A DNA stretch of 64,000 nucleotides. Source: Microgenomates group bacterium GW2011_GWC1_46_15 (GTDB taxonomy: Bacteria; Patescibacteriota; Microgenomatia; UBA1400; UBA12028). Of this stretch, positions 48,420 to 58,026 are shown piece by piece. The notes below the pieces were generated by a model. It saw nothing but the letters and a program-made list of their open reading frames with translations. It did no database searches and had not been told where the DNA came from. The position numbers were made by a program, and so were the translations under genes. Every line of letters starts with the position of its first letter. Positions within the stretch are counted from its first letter, which is position 1. Location of the stretch: contig LCLX01000001.1 of NCBI GenBank assembly GCA_001002285.1, forward strand, positions 316,895-380,894, read 5' to 3'.

Positions 48420-48927
48420 ACTTGCCGCGCTTGTCCCATTGCTTGGATGGTTTTATTTTACTATTGGTGGATATGCGATATTTTCATGGATCACAAAAGA
48501 TAAATTTTCTTTCATGAAACGCGTATTTTTCGTAGTATTCGGCCTATACGCGACGATGCTTTCATTTCAATCATTGCGATCTGAAGTAATGTTATATAAG
48601 GAAACGCGGAAAACACTTTTTGATACGTTTTATCAGAAAATCTCATACGAAGCCGGCACATACTACGATATGTACTATCATGCGTTCCGTTTAGCAATGC
48701 CAAACGGCAAGTACGTTATACATCTAGAGGACGTCCCAACACGCGAACTGCACTACGCGCGCATGTACCTGTATCCCGACTCTGTATTTATTGTTGACCA
48801 TGTACCGGCTGTCGCGGGCAATTTTGGTATTGTGCGAGAAAGCACAAAGTCTGCGATCGTAAAACAGTCTGACACAATTTTAATATATGGGGGAAAACAG
48901 CTTATCCGTGTAAAAGGAGCACAATAA
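48409..48927 (+). CDS. Hypothetical membrane-anchored protein.
   Basis: 172 aa with two N-terminal TM helices and a soluble domain. No recognisable family. Confidence 0.45.
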   Translation: MMHKLAALVPLLGWFYFTIGGYAIFSWITKDKFSFMKRVFFVVFGLYATMLSFQSLRSEVMLYKETRKTLFDTFYQKISYEAGTYYDMYYHAFRLAMPNGKYVIHLEDVPTRELHYARMYLYPDSVFIVDHVPAVAGNFGIVRESTKSAIVKQSDTILIYGGKQLIRVKGAQ

Positions 48928-50246
48928 TGTTTGAAGTATTTTTCCCTATCGCAATCATGTGGCTGATGTATATCGGTGTTGGTGTTTTAGCGTTTCAGTT
49001 TCTTCAAACACGCGAAAAAATAAAAGTAGTATCAGAGTCTCCAGCATACATATGGAGCGTGTCATTTTTGATTGGAGCAGGCATCGTAACGCTCGGAGAG
49101 TTTGTGCTTTCATTAATAAAAGTACCGTTTTGGATTTCATTATGTGGATTTGGTGCAATCACTCTCTATAGCCTTTTTCTTTACCGCCACACACTATGTT
49201 CACCAACACGAAAACCTCAAACGATCTTTACCACTCTTTTTTGGGTCGGCACAGCAATCATGATGTTTTTCTTTTTTACACGGTCAATGTCCCGCGTTAC
49301 GTACACATGGGACTCGATCGCGTTTTGGACGCCAAAAATGTTTGCACTGTGGTCCGACCAGACCGTACATCTTGAGGGATTGCGCAACTTCAATCATCCT
49401 GAGTATCCGTTACTCCTACCATTAACGGGCGCCAACGCGTTTACCGTTGTTGGCGAGTACAACGAAGTTTCGGCAAAAGCGGTGATTTTTGGTTTTTCAC
49501 TCGCACTTTTCCTTCTTATCGGCAACGCGCTTCTCACGCAAAAATCGTCAAAACTTAAAAAAGTTTTCTGGATGGTTCTTTTTCTTTCAATATTCATTGT
49601 CCGTGAACACGTCGCGGGAGAGTATGTCGGAACGGCCGATATTTTTGTGGGAACGTATTTCGTCGCAGGAACGATTGCATTACTAAAAAAACATCGGCTT
49701 ATTGCCTTAGTTCTCTGGCTTTTTGCCGCGTGGAGCAAGAGTGAGGGACTAGTATTTGCCGGCGTTACAACGTTTTTACTTTTCCTCAGTTATCCAAGCC
49801 TTCGGAAGTGGATTGTCCTTAGTTTTGCTGCGATTGCGGTTCCGTGGCAGCTTTTCACAAAATTAAGCGGATTGGGAAGTCAGTACTTTGCGTTTGGCTC
49901 GTTGTATGCCCGGCCATGGATTGAGTACGCGGTGTACAGTGTTCACGCATTCCGCGAAGAGTTCCGCAATCTGCAAAAATGGAATCTCGTGTTCTTTTTC
50001 TTTCTCGCGCAGTCATTTGCCACAATCAAACGCATTGCACAACACAAAGAACTGCGGATTATTTACGCTGGCTTAACTGTTCAACTTCTTTCATATATGG
50101 TAATCTTCACGATAGCTCCGGAAGAGCAGGCGAGTTTTATCGCGGCAGCTATCTCGCGGTTAACGCTTCACCTTGCTCCAACGGCTCTAGTTATAACGGC
50201 GTACCTTTTTTCGCAGGAGTTTCATGCAAAACACCAAAAAACATAG
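48927..50246 (+). CDS. Polytopic membrane protein of unknown family (candidate polymerase/ligase-type).
   Basis: 439 aa with about 10-12 TM segments. It sits between GT2 genes. Confidence 0.45.
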   Translation: MFEVFFPIAIMWLMYIGVGVLAFQFLQTREKIKVVSESPAYIWSVSFLIGAGIVTLGEFVLSLIKVPFWISLCGFGAITLYSLFLYRHTLCSPTRKPQTIFTTLFWVGTAIMMFFFFTRSMSRVTYTWDSIAFWTPKMFALWSDQTVHLEGLRNFNHPEYPLLLPLTGANAFTVVGEYNEVSAKAVIFGFSLALFLLIGNALLTQKSSKLKKVFWMVLFLSIFIVREHVAGEYVGTADIFVGTYFVAGTIALLKKHRLIALVLWLFAAWSKSEGLVFAGVTTFLLFLSYPSLRKWIVLSFAAIAVPWQLFTKLSGLGSQYFAFGSLYARPWIEYAVYSVHAFREEFRNLQKWNLVFFFFLAQSFATIKRIAQHKELRIIYAGLTVQLLSYMVIFTIAPEEQASFIAAAISRLTLHLAPTALVITAYLFSQEFHAKHQKT

Positions 50247-50934
50247 CATTTCAGTCGTTCTTCCGTGTTTAAACGAGGAGGAAACACTGAGGGCGTCTAT
50301 TGCGAAGGCAAAAGAAGGTATTACAAGAGCTGGGCTTGATGGAGAAGTGATTATCGCGGATAACGGTTCACACGATCATTCGGTTGAAGTGGCAAAGAAA
50401 GCAGGCGCGCGCGTCGTTGAGGTAACACGCCGCGGGTATGGAGCCGCGCTTATGGGCGGATTTGCAGAAGCAAAAGGTGATCTCCTTGTGATGGGGGATG
50501 CCGATGATACGTATGACTTCCGTGAAATTCCGTTGTTGTATAAAAAATATCTTGAGGGATATGACTTCGTGAGTGGAAATCGACTCAAGGGGAATATTGA
50601 TCCCAAAGCGATGCCATTTATTCACCGATATATTGGCGTTCCGGCGCTTACACTTGCGCTTAACCTCTTTTTTTGGACCGGCATTTGGGATGGACACTGC
50701 GGTTTGCGCCTTTTTTCGAAAAAAGCATATTTGCTTATGCGGTTAAACTCACCAGGGATGGAGTTTGCATCCGAAATGCTGATGAAGGCTAAAAAAGCGG
50801 GGTTAAAAATGGCAGAAGTGCCCGTAAGTTATGGATCCCGCCACACAAAGTCATACTCAAAGCTCAATACATTCCGCGATGGGTTCCGTCATCTTGGTCT
50901 TATTCTCGCCTATGCGTTTGGCATAAAAACTTGA
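50224..50934 (+). CDS. GT2 polyprenyl-phosphate sugar synthase (DPM1/GtrB/ArnC-like).
   Basis: ISVVLPCLNEE, ADNGSHDHS, and GDADDTYD (DxD). Confidence 0.75.
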   Translation: MQNTKKHSISVVLPCLNEEETLRASIAKAKEGITRAGLDGEVIIADNGSHDHSVEVAKKAGARVVEVTRRGYGAALMGGFAEAKGDLLVMGDADDTYDFREIPLLYKKYLEGYDFVSGNRLKGNIDPKAMPFIHRYIGVPALTLALNLFFWTGIWDGHCGLRLFSKKAYLLMRLNSPGMEFASEMLMKAKKAGLKMAEVPVSYGSRHTKSYSKLNTFRDGFRHLGLILAYAFGIKT

Positions 50935-50952
50935 GTAAGGTATGATGGGAAC

Positions 50953-52002
50953 ATGCGAGTCCAGATTGATGTCTCTCAGCTCAATGCGATGAATGCGTAT
51001 CGTGGCGTTGGCGTGTACACCGATCTTTTGTTCCAACACTTGCGCCACCTTAAAACTTTAGACACATTTTCTTTAACAACAGAAAAAACAAAAGAACATC
51101 CCGATCTCATCCATTATCCGTATTTCGATTTGTTTTTCCACACTCTCCCTATCAAAAAGCGGGCAAAAACAGTTGTAACAATCCACGATGTTATTCCGTT
51201 GGTTTTTCCCGAGCACTATAGATCTGGTATCAAAGGATCGATCCGTTTTTTACAACAGCTTCTCGCGCTCAACACAGTTGATGCTGTGATTACTGATTCG
51301 ATGTGCTCAAAAAAAGATATTATTCAACATCTTAAGTTTCCTGCTGAAAAAGTATACGTTGTGCATTTGGCGGGAAACCCACTCCTTCATGCCACACCAA
51401 AGACTGATGTTGATGCGGTGCTAAAAAAATATAATATTCCAGAAAAATATCTCTTGTATGTCGGCGATATTAACTACAACAAAAATCTTCCAGCATTGTT
51501 GCGCGCGTTCTCAACACTTTCGCAAAATCTTCATCTTGTTATGGTCGGGCGGTCGCTGAACAATATAGAAATTCCAGAAGGCAGGTGGATTCACGATACT
51601 ATTCAGGAAAAGGGAATCGCGCAAAGAGTTCATCTCCTTACAGATATTCCAAAACATCCTGCGACTGAACTTGCTGCGTTATTTACTGGTGCATCGGCAT
51701 ATGTTCAACCCTCTCTGTATGAGGGGTTTGGCCTTTCTGTGCTTGATGCAATGCAGTGCGGAGCACTCGTCATTTCTTCAACTGGTGGGTCGCTTCCAGA
51801 GGTTGTGGGTGATGCGGCATTATTTTTTGATCCCCGAAATGAACATGAAATGGCAGATACGATGAATCAAGCCCTTTCTCTCTCTATGACAAAGAAGAAA
51901 GTTTTCCTTTCGTTGGCTCAGCACAACCTCAAACGGTTTTCTTGGGAGAAAACGGCACAGAAAACATACGCCATCTATAAAAAAGTACTTGAAACAGTAT
52001 GA
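50953..52002 (+). CDS. GT4 (GT-B) glycosyltransferase.
   Basis: SLYEGFGLSVLDAM (Ex7E) and GGSLPEVVGDAALFFDP. Confidence 0.75.
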   Translation: MRVQIDVSQLNAMNAYRGVGVYTDLLFQHLRHLKTLDTFSLTTEKTKEHPDLIHYPYFDLFFHTLPIKKRAKTVVTIHDVIPLVFPEHYRSGIKGSIRFLQQLLALNTVDAVITDSMCSKKDIIQHLKFPAEKVYVVHLAGNPLLHATPKTDVDAVLKKYNIPEKYLLYVGDINYNKNLPALLRAFSTLSQNLHLVMVGRSLNNIEIPEGRWIHDTIQEKGIAQRVHLLTDIPKHPATELAALFTGASAYVQPSLYEGFGLSVLDAMQCGALVISSTGGSLPEVVGDAALFFDPRNEHEMADTMNQALSLSMTKKKVFLSLAQHNLKRFSWEKTAQKTYAIYKKVLETV

Positions 52003-54749
52003 AACGGTTTTTATCTATCATTTTGATTCTCGCTTTTGCATTACTCGCACTTCCTATGTTTCATTCAGGATTTCCTTTTACGCACGACGGGGAAAATCAT
52101 CTGGCACGGATTGCAAACTATGCTGTCGCGCTTAAACAGGGCCAGTTTCCACCGCGGTGGGCGCCAACATTCTGGGGCGGATATGGCTATCCCGTGTTCA
52201 ACTTCAACTATCCACTAGCCAACATTGCAGCACTTCCATTTTTAGCGGTTGGACTTCATGTTGAAACAACACTCAAACTTCTTTTTCTCCTTGGTATAGC
52301 GCTTGGAACGGTGGGCACGTATTTCTATTGCCGAACGTTTATTCCAAAGAGTGCCTCACTTTTCGCAACATGTGTATACCTCCTATCCCCATTTCTTTTT
52401 TCTAATGTATATTTGCGTGGAGCAATCGGCGAAGTCTTGGGGTACGCTCTTTTACCCATAACACTATGGATGGTTGAGCGCACGCGTCAGCACCCCTCAA
52501 TGCAGAATAAACTTTTTCTTTTTATATCAATACTTTCTTTGGCACTGGCGCATAACATTGTCGCGATGTTTGTCATCCCGCCTCTTCTTATCTATATTGC
52601 ACTACGGGCCAGAACTTGGCATGTTATCCTGCCATCATTTTTTGGACTGTCCGCATCATCCTTTTTCTGGATCCCCGCATTGGTTGAGAAAAAATTTGTT
52701 ACGTTAGATCTTGTGAGCGTGTCAAACCAGTACTATCTTCATTTCCCAACACTACAACAGCTTCTCTTTTCCGTGTTTGAACATGGATTTTCATATCCTG
52801 GACCGATTGACACAATGTCGTTCCAAATAGGGGGACTCATTCTTATATCACTCTTTTTTGGTATCCTTCACGTTGTTTTCCGCACAAAACACGCAAAACA
52901 AATTTTTGGATTAGTATGCGGAGTTCTTACACTTTTTTTTATGATGCTTTCTTCCTCGCTTTTTATATGGAAACTCATTCCAATGCTTTCGTATGTGCAG
53001 TTTCCATGGAGACTATTAGGTCCAGTCGTATTTGTTGGCTCGTTACTTGCGGGATACGTGTATCTTGATGCTTCCCGTGCGGTGCGCGCAGTATTGATTG
53101 GAGTATTGATGTTTTCATTGATTTCAACCGCAAAAAAACCAGTAACGGATTTTATTCATCATGATGATCTGTATTACAAGACATTCACGCAAACGTCCAC
53201 AATTCTTGATGAAAACCGTCCAAGAACGCTCGGTATTCAACCTGGAACACTGAGTAGCCAGAAGCCAGTTCTGGAAAGCAAAGCGGATATTCAGATTCAG
53301 TCATGGAGTGGTACGCAACATGTCTACGCGATCAATACCGAAAAAGAACAAACAATAACGGAAGAAACGGCATACTTTCCTGGATGGGAGACAAGGATTG
53401 ATGGCAAACTGGCCACAGTAACATTTGAAAAAACACAAGGCCGTATCAGTTATAGTATCCCCGCAGGAAAACACACCGTTCAAACACGGTTTACACAGAA
53501 CACACCGCCAAGGTTGGTTGGAAATGGCATCACAATAGCGTCATTTCTCGGGATGGGCAGTCTTATAGTGATACAGAAGAAAAAGAAAAAAAATATGACA
53601 CCATTAGCAAAACGCACTTTTTTTCTCATTAGTGCTGCTTTTGTGATTTGGCGAGTACTCCTTCAAGTTTTTGCATTGCTAAGTCCCCGGTTTTTGTCTT
53701 TCCAGCCGAGTTATCCGTACTACGATGCTCTTCTTGTTCCGCTTGGCCCATGGTGGCTTGTGCGGTGGGCTGGGTTTGACGGGGTACACTACCTCACAAT
53801 TGCGATGAAAGGATATCTTGGAACGGGTCTTATTCAAGCATTTTTCCCCATGTATCCATTTGCGATGTATTTCTTTAACCTCTTTCGTAATCTTTTAATG
53901 TCGGGATTACTTGTTTCTCATCTGAGTTTCATAGCAGCACTTTTCTTGTTGTATAAACTTTTTCGTTTGGATGAGAGAAGAAACGTTTCTGTATTAGCAG
54001 TTCTTTGCATGCTTATTTACCCCGTCTCATTTTTCTTTGCTTCGTTGTACACAGAATCATTATTTTTACTATGCATTGTTGGAGCATTCTATGCTGTGCG
54101 GAAAAAACAATGGTGGTTTGCGGCGCTGTGTGCTGCCGTAGCAAGTGCGACTCGGATTACAGGAATTTTTATTGTTCCAGCAGTCATCATAGAAGCAATC
54201 ATGCTTTCAAAAGAAAAAAATGAAAAAGTTCCATGGCAAACAATCGCGATTCTTTTAACAGGAGTACTGGGTCTTCTTTTTTACATGGGATATTTGGCTG
54301 TTACTTTCCGCGACCCATTATATTTTTTGCACGTACAAACTGCATTTGGAGGAGGAAGGCAGGAAACACCAGTGTTGATTCCACAGGTATTTTACCGGTA
54401 CATTAAAATTTTCATGACAGCGCGCACAACATCACCATTGTTAATGTACGCGTATGCTCAAGAGTTTTTAATGACATTGTCGGTTGGCCTCGTTCTTTTC
54501 TTCGCAACACTCAAAAAATGGTTAAGGCCGTCGTATCTTCTCTATGCGTGGGGGGCATACTTGCTTCCACCGCTCACAGGAACGTTTCAAAGCATGCCAA
54601 GATACATGATGGTAATTTTCCCGCTGTTTTTACTACAAGCAAAATTGTGGAAACATAAACCAATACTTTTTATTTTGTTAGCGATTGTGCTAGTCATTCA
54701 CCTTGCGGTGAACACAATGCTGTTTTTTCAAGGATATTGGGTGTCGTAA
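51999..54749 (+). CDS. Apparent fusion of two GT-C-like proteins. The N-terminal about 532 aa belongs to the HDxxH / FPxRW / GYGYP family. The C-terminal about 385 aa is PIG-V/DUF2029-like (WxGxDGxHYLxIAxxGY). The two are joined across an A8 tract.
   Basis: N-terminus: HDGENHLARIANYAVALKQGQFPPRWAPTFWGGYGYPVFNFNYPL. C-terminus: WLVRWAGFDGVHYLTIAMKGYLGTG. The junction reads ...VIQKKKKKN-MTPLAKR, with AAAAAAAATATGA at 53586..53598. Confidence 0.55.
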   Translation: MKRFLSIILILAFALLALPMFHSGFPFTHDGENHLARIANYAVALKQGQFPPRWAPTFWGGYGYPVFNFNYPLANIAALPFLAVGLHVETTLKLLFLLGIALGTVGTYFYCRTFIPKSASLFATCVYLLSPFLFSNVYLRGAIGEVLGYALLPITLWMVERTRQHPSMQNKLFLFISILSLALAHNIVAMFVIPPLLIYIALRARTWHVILPSFFGLSASSFFWIPALVEKKFVTLDLVSVSNQYYLHFPTLQQLLFSVFEHGFSYPGPIDTMSFQIGGLILISLFFGILHVVFRTKHAKQIFGLVCGVLTLFFMMLSSSLFIWKLIPMLSYVQFPWRLLGPVVFVGSLLAGYVYLDASRAVRAVLIGVLMFSLISTAKKPVTDFIHHDDLYYKTFTQTSTILDENRPRTLGIQPGTLSSQKPVLESKADIQIQSWSGTQHVYAINTEKEQTITEETAYFPGWETRIDGKLATVTFEKTQGRISYSIPAGKHTVQTRFTQNTPPRLVGNGITIASFLGMGSLIVIQKKKKKNMTPLAKRTFFLISAAFVIWRVLLQVFALLSPRFLSFQPSYPYYDALLVPLGPWWLVRWAGFDGVHYLTIAMKGYLGTGLIQAFFPMYPFAMYFFNLFRNLLMSGLLVSHLSFIAALFLLYKLFRLDERRNVSVLAVLCMLIYPVSFFFASLYTESLFLLCIVGAFYAVRKKQWWFAALCAAVASATRITGIFIVPAVIIEAIMLSKEKNEKVPWQTIAILLTGVLGLLFYMGYLAVTFRDPLYFLHVQTAFGGGRQETPVLIPQVFYRYIKIFMTARTTSPLLMYAYAQEFLMTLSVGLVLFFATLKKWLRPSYLLYAWGAYLLPPLTGTFQSMPRYMMVIFPLFLLQAKLWKHKPILFILLAIVLVIHLAVNTMLFFQGYWVS

Positions 54750-54751
54750 CA

Positions 54752-55138
54752 CTACTCCCTGTGAAGGAGGTGTGCCTCAACTTTTTTTGCGCCAAAGAAC
54801 GTTTTACAGAACCTTTCTGTCTTCTTTGCGTCAAACCACGCACACGAAAAAATATTCAAGTAAATGCTTTTCTTGTACTCAGAAAAATGTGCGGTTACGG
54901 AACTCGTTTCAATCAGTTGGACAAGTGAGTATCCTGAAGTAATTGGATTGTCGTGTCCGAAATGCGGGATAAGTGGTTCACCATACCGCTTCATCTTGAT
55001 AACGTCGTCGCACAAGGTGATCACAAACTCCTTGATTTTTTCTCCAGAAGAGATTGTTGCGAGGTCGCACTCATACAAATTAAGAATGAGTTCTTGCCCA
55101 AATGACTCTTTATCACTGAGTTTTGAAGAGTTTAGCAT
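54752..55138 (-). CDS. speH: S-adenosylmethionine decarboxylase proenzyme, pyruvoyl-dependent (SpeH/SpeD class 1).
   Basis: GQELILNLYECD matches the B. subtilis SpeD GRHVIAELWDCD block. The self-cleavage/active region LIETSSVTAHFSEY...NIFSC matches VIISESHLTIHSFPEHGY...DVYTCG. The ORF-track start is GTG 55165. Confidence 0.65.
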   Translation of the reverse strand: MLNSSKLSDKESFGQELILNLYECDLATISSGEKIKEFVITLCDDVIKMKRYGEPLIPHFGHDNPITSGYSLVQLIETSSVTAHFSEYKKSIYLNIFSCAWFDAKKTERFCKTFFGAKKVEAHLLHRE

Positions 55139-55165
55139 TGGTTCAGTATACGATATACTATGCAC

Positions 55166-56065
55166 ATGAACATCCTCGTTACGGGCGGGTCTGGGTTTTT
55201 AGGAAAACATCTTTGCCGTGTGCTGGTTTCTGCCGGTCACAGCGTGTTGAACATTGATAAAAAACCATTTTCAGAAGTTGAAACAATTCAAACAGACGTA
55301 CTGGATCAGGCAAAAATCGAACAGTATTTTGCAGGAAAAGATGCGGTGTTTCACTTGGCAAGCTATATTGAGGCGGGTGAGTCGGTTGAGCAGCCGGAAA
55401 AATACCTGCAGAACAACGTTATGGGAACCCTTTCTGTTTTGGAGGCAATGCGGAAACACGATGTAAAGCGTTTTTTGTTCAGTAGCAGCGCCGCTATCTA
55501 TGGCAACCCACTTCACACACCGATTAAAGAAGATGAGCGTACTATCCCAATCAATCCGTACGGTGTAACAAAGATGGCGATGGAAGGGTTAGTATCTTCG
55601 TATGTTGAGTCGTACGGGTTTACTGGTGTCGCACTGCGATACTTCAACTTGTACGGCCCTGGAGAAGACCACGTTCCGGAAACACACGCAATTCCCCGGT
55701 TCATCCAACAAATCAATAAAGGAGAAGACGTTACAATCTGGGGCGACGGAAGCCACAAAAGAGACTTCGTATACATTGATGACATTGTCCGCGCACACCT
55801 TTTAGCGCTCGAACTTCCGCAGGGCTATCACTATATGAATCTCTCCGGGAAAAACGCAACATCGGTCATTGATGTGATTCATATGCTTGAAACGATACTT
55901 GGAAAACAGGCAAACGTGAAACATTTTGAGTTTCGGCCTGGTGATCCGCTTGAGCTTTTTGCCGATGCGTCAAAAGCAAAAGAAGTTTTGAAGTGGGAAC
56001 CACAGGTAGGATTAGAAGAAGGCCTTCAGAAAACCGTAGAGTGGTTCCGTTCACACACGGCGTGA
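55166..56065 (+). CDS. NAD-dependent sugar epimerase (GalE-like UDP-hexose 4-epimerase family).
   Basis: ILVTGGSGFLGKHL start, YGVTKMAMEG (YxxxK), and a length of about 300 aa. Confidence 0.75.
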   Translation: MNILVTGGSGFLGKHLCRVLVSAGHSVLNIDKKPFSEVETIQTDVLDQAKIEQYFAGKDAVFHLASYIEAGESVEQPEKYLQNNVMGTLSVLEAMRKHDVKRFLFSSSAAIYGNPLHTPIKEDERTIPINPYGVTKMAMEGLVSSYVESYGFTGVALRYFNLYGPGEDHVPETHAIPRFIQQINKGEDVTIWGDGSHKRDFVYIDDIVRAHLLALELPQGYHYMNLSGKNATSVIDVIHMLETILGKQANVKHFEFRPGDPLELFADASKAKEVLKWEPQVGLEEGLQKTVEWFRSHTA

Positions 56066-56122
56066 TCTACAAAAATACACAAAGATCTAGTTGATTCTTT
56101 TCCGCATTTTTTATACACTTAT

Positions 56123-56270
56123 GATCCATTCGCCGCATCGCGCGGTGACCGGCACTTCCTATCCGTTGCTTGTGAACAAAGAGCATACACTCTTTTCACA
56201 AGTATCCACGCCGAACGGATAACCTTTACACACCAAGAGTCCCTCTTCGTGGGGACAAGAAAGGCATACT
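56123..56270 (+). promoter_or_regulatory. Structured 5' leader A. It has a nested inverted repeat plus a GTCCC/GGGAC hairpin ahead of the Shine-Dalgarno, and is conserved with leader B.
   Basis: TATCCGTT(56160-67)/AACGGATA(56214-21) enclosing CTTGTGAA(56169-76)/TTCACAAG(56195-202). Hairpin GTCCC(56239-43)-8 nt-GGGAC(56252-56), then AAGAAAGG and the ATG at 56271. It shares GATCCATT, CACACCAA, GGGACAAGAAAGG and ATGCTTAC with 59562..59771. Confidence 0.4.
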
Positions 56271-56516
56271 ATGCTTACACCTGGAGATAAAAAGTGGATC
56301 AAAGGAAATTTTAAGGAAGAGTTTCCTATAGCTTTTAAAACGGCTTTCAAAGCGGCCTTTAAACCAGCATTTGATGAAGCCTTTGACGAATCATTTGGGA
56401 GAGTGTATCTGTTTCTCCGCAATGATATTGCTCAATTTAAGGACGAAATCTTGGCGGTTCTTAATCCTCGTATCCAAAACAGGGGCTCCAGAAAACCGTG
56501 GAGTGGTTTAGAATAA
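56271..56516 (+). CDS. Small protein with Phe-every-4th tetrad repeats (paralog A).
   Basis: 81 aa: MLTPGDKKWIK...AFKTAFKAAFKPAFDEAFDESFG...LRNDIAQFKDEIL. It ends 4 nt before the GT-C gene at 56521. It is paralogous to the gene at 59772. Confidence 0.55.
   Translation: MLTPGDKKWIKGNFKEEFPIAFKTAFKAAFKPAFDEAFDESFGRVYLFLRNDIAQFKDEILAVLNPRIQNRGSRKPWSGLE
56331..56396 (+). repeat. In-frame 12-bp tandem repeat (about 5.5 units) encoding (A/S)F(K/D)x tetrads.
   Basis: The units are GCTTTTAAAACG, GCTTTCAAAGCG, GCCTTTAAACCA, GCATTTGATGAA, GCCTTTGACGAA, and TCATTTGGG. Confidence 0.6.
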
Positions 56517-56520
56517 AGTA

Positions 56521-58026
56521 ATGCGGTTTTTTATTCTGCTTTTTTGTATTGGCTTAGCCCTTCGTATCTACCCGAGCTTTCATCATATTGTATTTCCGTA
56601 TGACCAAGCGCGCGACGCGCTTATGTTCCAGGACATGGTAAATCGCACACACCTGCCGCTTCTCGGTCCTGTGACCGATATTCCCGGGGTTCACCATGGC
56701 CCGCTTTTCTATCTTCTTATGATTCCGCTGTACGCACTGAGTAACAGTGATCCATGGCTTCCGGTGTTTTTTCTTATGCTGGTAAATCTTTCAACGATGA
56801 TTCCGCTCTATTTTTTCACAAAAGAAGTTTTTCATGACAAAAGAGTGACCATAATCACACTGGTATTGTTTATAGTTTCGTATGAGATGATTTCGTACTC
56901 AAAATGGATCAGCAATCCCGTACTGGCGGTTCCACTCTTTGCAACGTTTCTCCTCCTTTTATGGAGGGTATGGAAAACACAGAAAAAACAGGTGTTTTGG
57001 CTGGGGCTTGTTTTTGGACTTCTTGTGCAGAGTGAAATTGTGCTGGCTTACCTGCTTTTTCCTTGCTATATCATTTTATCTAAAGGGCGCGTACATATAA
57101 AACAGTGGCTGCTTTTTCATTTGGGCGTTGGTGTAGGAATTCTTCCGTATCTCGTTGCAGAATTAAAGTATCATTTCCAAGCAACAAACGCCCTCATCCA
57201 TTTCCTGGGAAGTACTGCACAAAAAAATCCCCTCGTTTTTCTCACAACATTTCGGCATGGTATCAGCATATTGAGTACATTGGTAAGAAATAATCTTTTT
57301 GGACTTCCCCCCATTTCTGCTTTATTAACGTTTGTGATTATCACCGTGTTGTGCTTTTTCGCGGTACGGAAAACGATACCCTCATGGAAGCCGGCTCTAC
57401 ACTTTCTATATGGCATGTTAGCGTGTGGCGTTGGTGTCCTCATGTTCGGTAAGTCTCCGGAGATATTCTTTTTTGCAGGATTCGGTTCAATTCTACTCAT
57501 CATCGCCGCGGTCTTTCTTGTCGTTATGATGAAAGAGAAGCAGTGGGAGTTTGCCGCTTTTATCACGTGTATTATTCTCGCAAGCCAGATAGCGTTGACT
57601 GTTGAACAGGCGCGTGCTGGCAACGCATATATTCAGGCGCAAAAAGGAGTGTTGTTTGACCAGCGGTTGCAGGTTCTTGATGCGATATATACGCGTGTTT
57701 CCAGTGATACACCATTTACTATTAGTGTTTTTGGGACGCCATACGGGGTACGTACATCATGGGCCTACTATTTTTCGTACTACAGTTCTCGCCAAGCGGT
57801 GATACTGCCGAAGTGGTATGGGTACACCGTGAATGGTTTTATTGGAGATGATATTCTTCCGCACGTTGATGCGCCAGCGCGAGTTCACATTGCGGTGTAT
57901 GAACCGGAGTTTTCCATTGCGCCACAATATAAGGATGAGTTTACGGCGTACCAAAACGCGCACACCACGATTGTTGAAAGATTTACACTCAATAATCACA
58001 GTATTGAAATACGAAAACCGAAATAA
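56521..58026 (+). CDS. GT-C fold membrane glycosyltransferase (paralog of 13966).
   Basis: FPYDQARDALMFQDMVNRTHLPLLGPVTDIPGVHHGPLFYLLMIPL aligns with the first loop of the 13966 gene. 501 aa, polytopic. Confidence 0.65.
   Translation: MRFFILLFCIGLALRIYPSFHHIVFPYDQARDALMFQDMVNRTHLPLLGPVTDIPGVHHGPLFYLLMIPLYALSNSDPWLPVFFLMLVNLSTMIPLYFFTKEVFHDKRVTIITLVLFIVSYEMISYSKWISNPVLAVPLFATFLLLLWRVWKTQKKQVFWLGLVFGLLVQSEIVLAYLLFPCYIILSKGRVHIKQWLLFHLGVGVGILPYLVAELKYHFQATNALIHFLGSTAQKNPLVFLTTFRHGISILSTLVRNNLFGLPPISALLTFVIITVLCFFAVRKTIPSWKPALHFLYGMLACGVGVLMFGKSPEIFFFAGFGSILLIIAAVFLVVMMKEKQWEFAAFITCIILASQIALTVEQARAGNAYIQAQKGVLFDQRLQVLDAIYTRVSSDTPFTISVFGTPYGVRTSWAYYFSYYSSRQAVILPKWYGYTVNGFIGDDILPHVDAPARVHIAVYEPEFSIAPQYKDEFTAYQNAHTTIVERFTLNNHSIEIRKPK

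Noticed and set aside
56159-56422. Minus-strand ORFs 56159..56422 and 59618..59935, encoding KAxLKA-type repeats.
   Set aside because: They are antisense read-throughs of the 12-bp repeats in the plus-strand small genes. The plus-strand genes are supported by paralogy, a Shine-Dalgarno and a conserved N-terminus.
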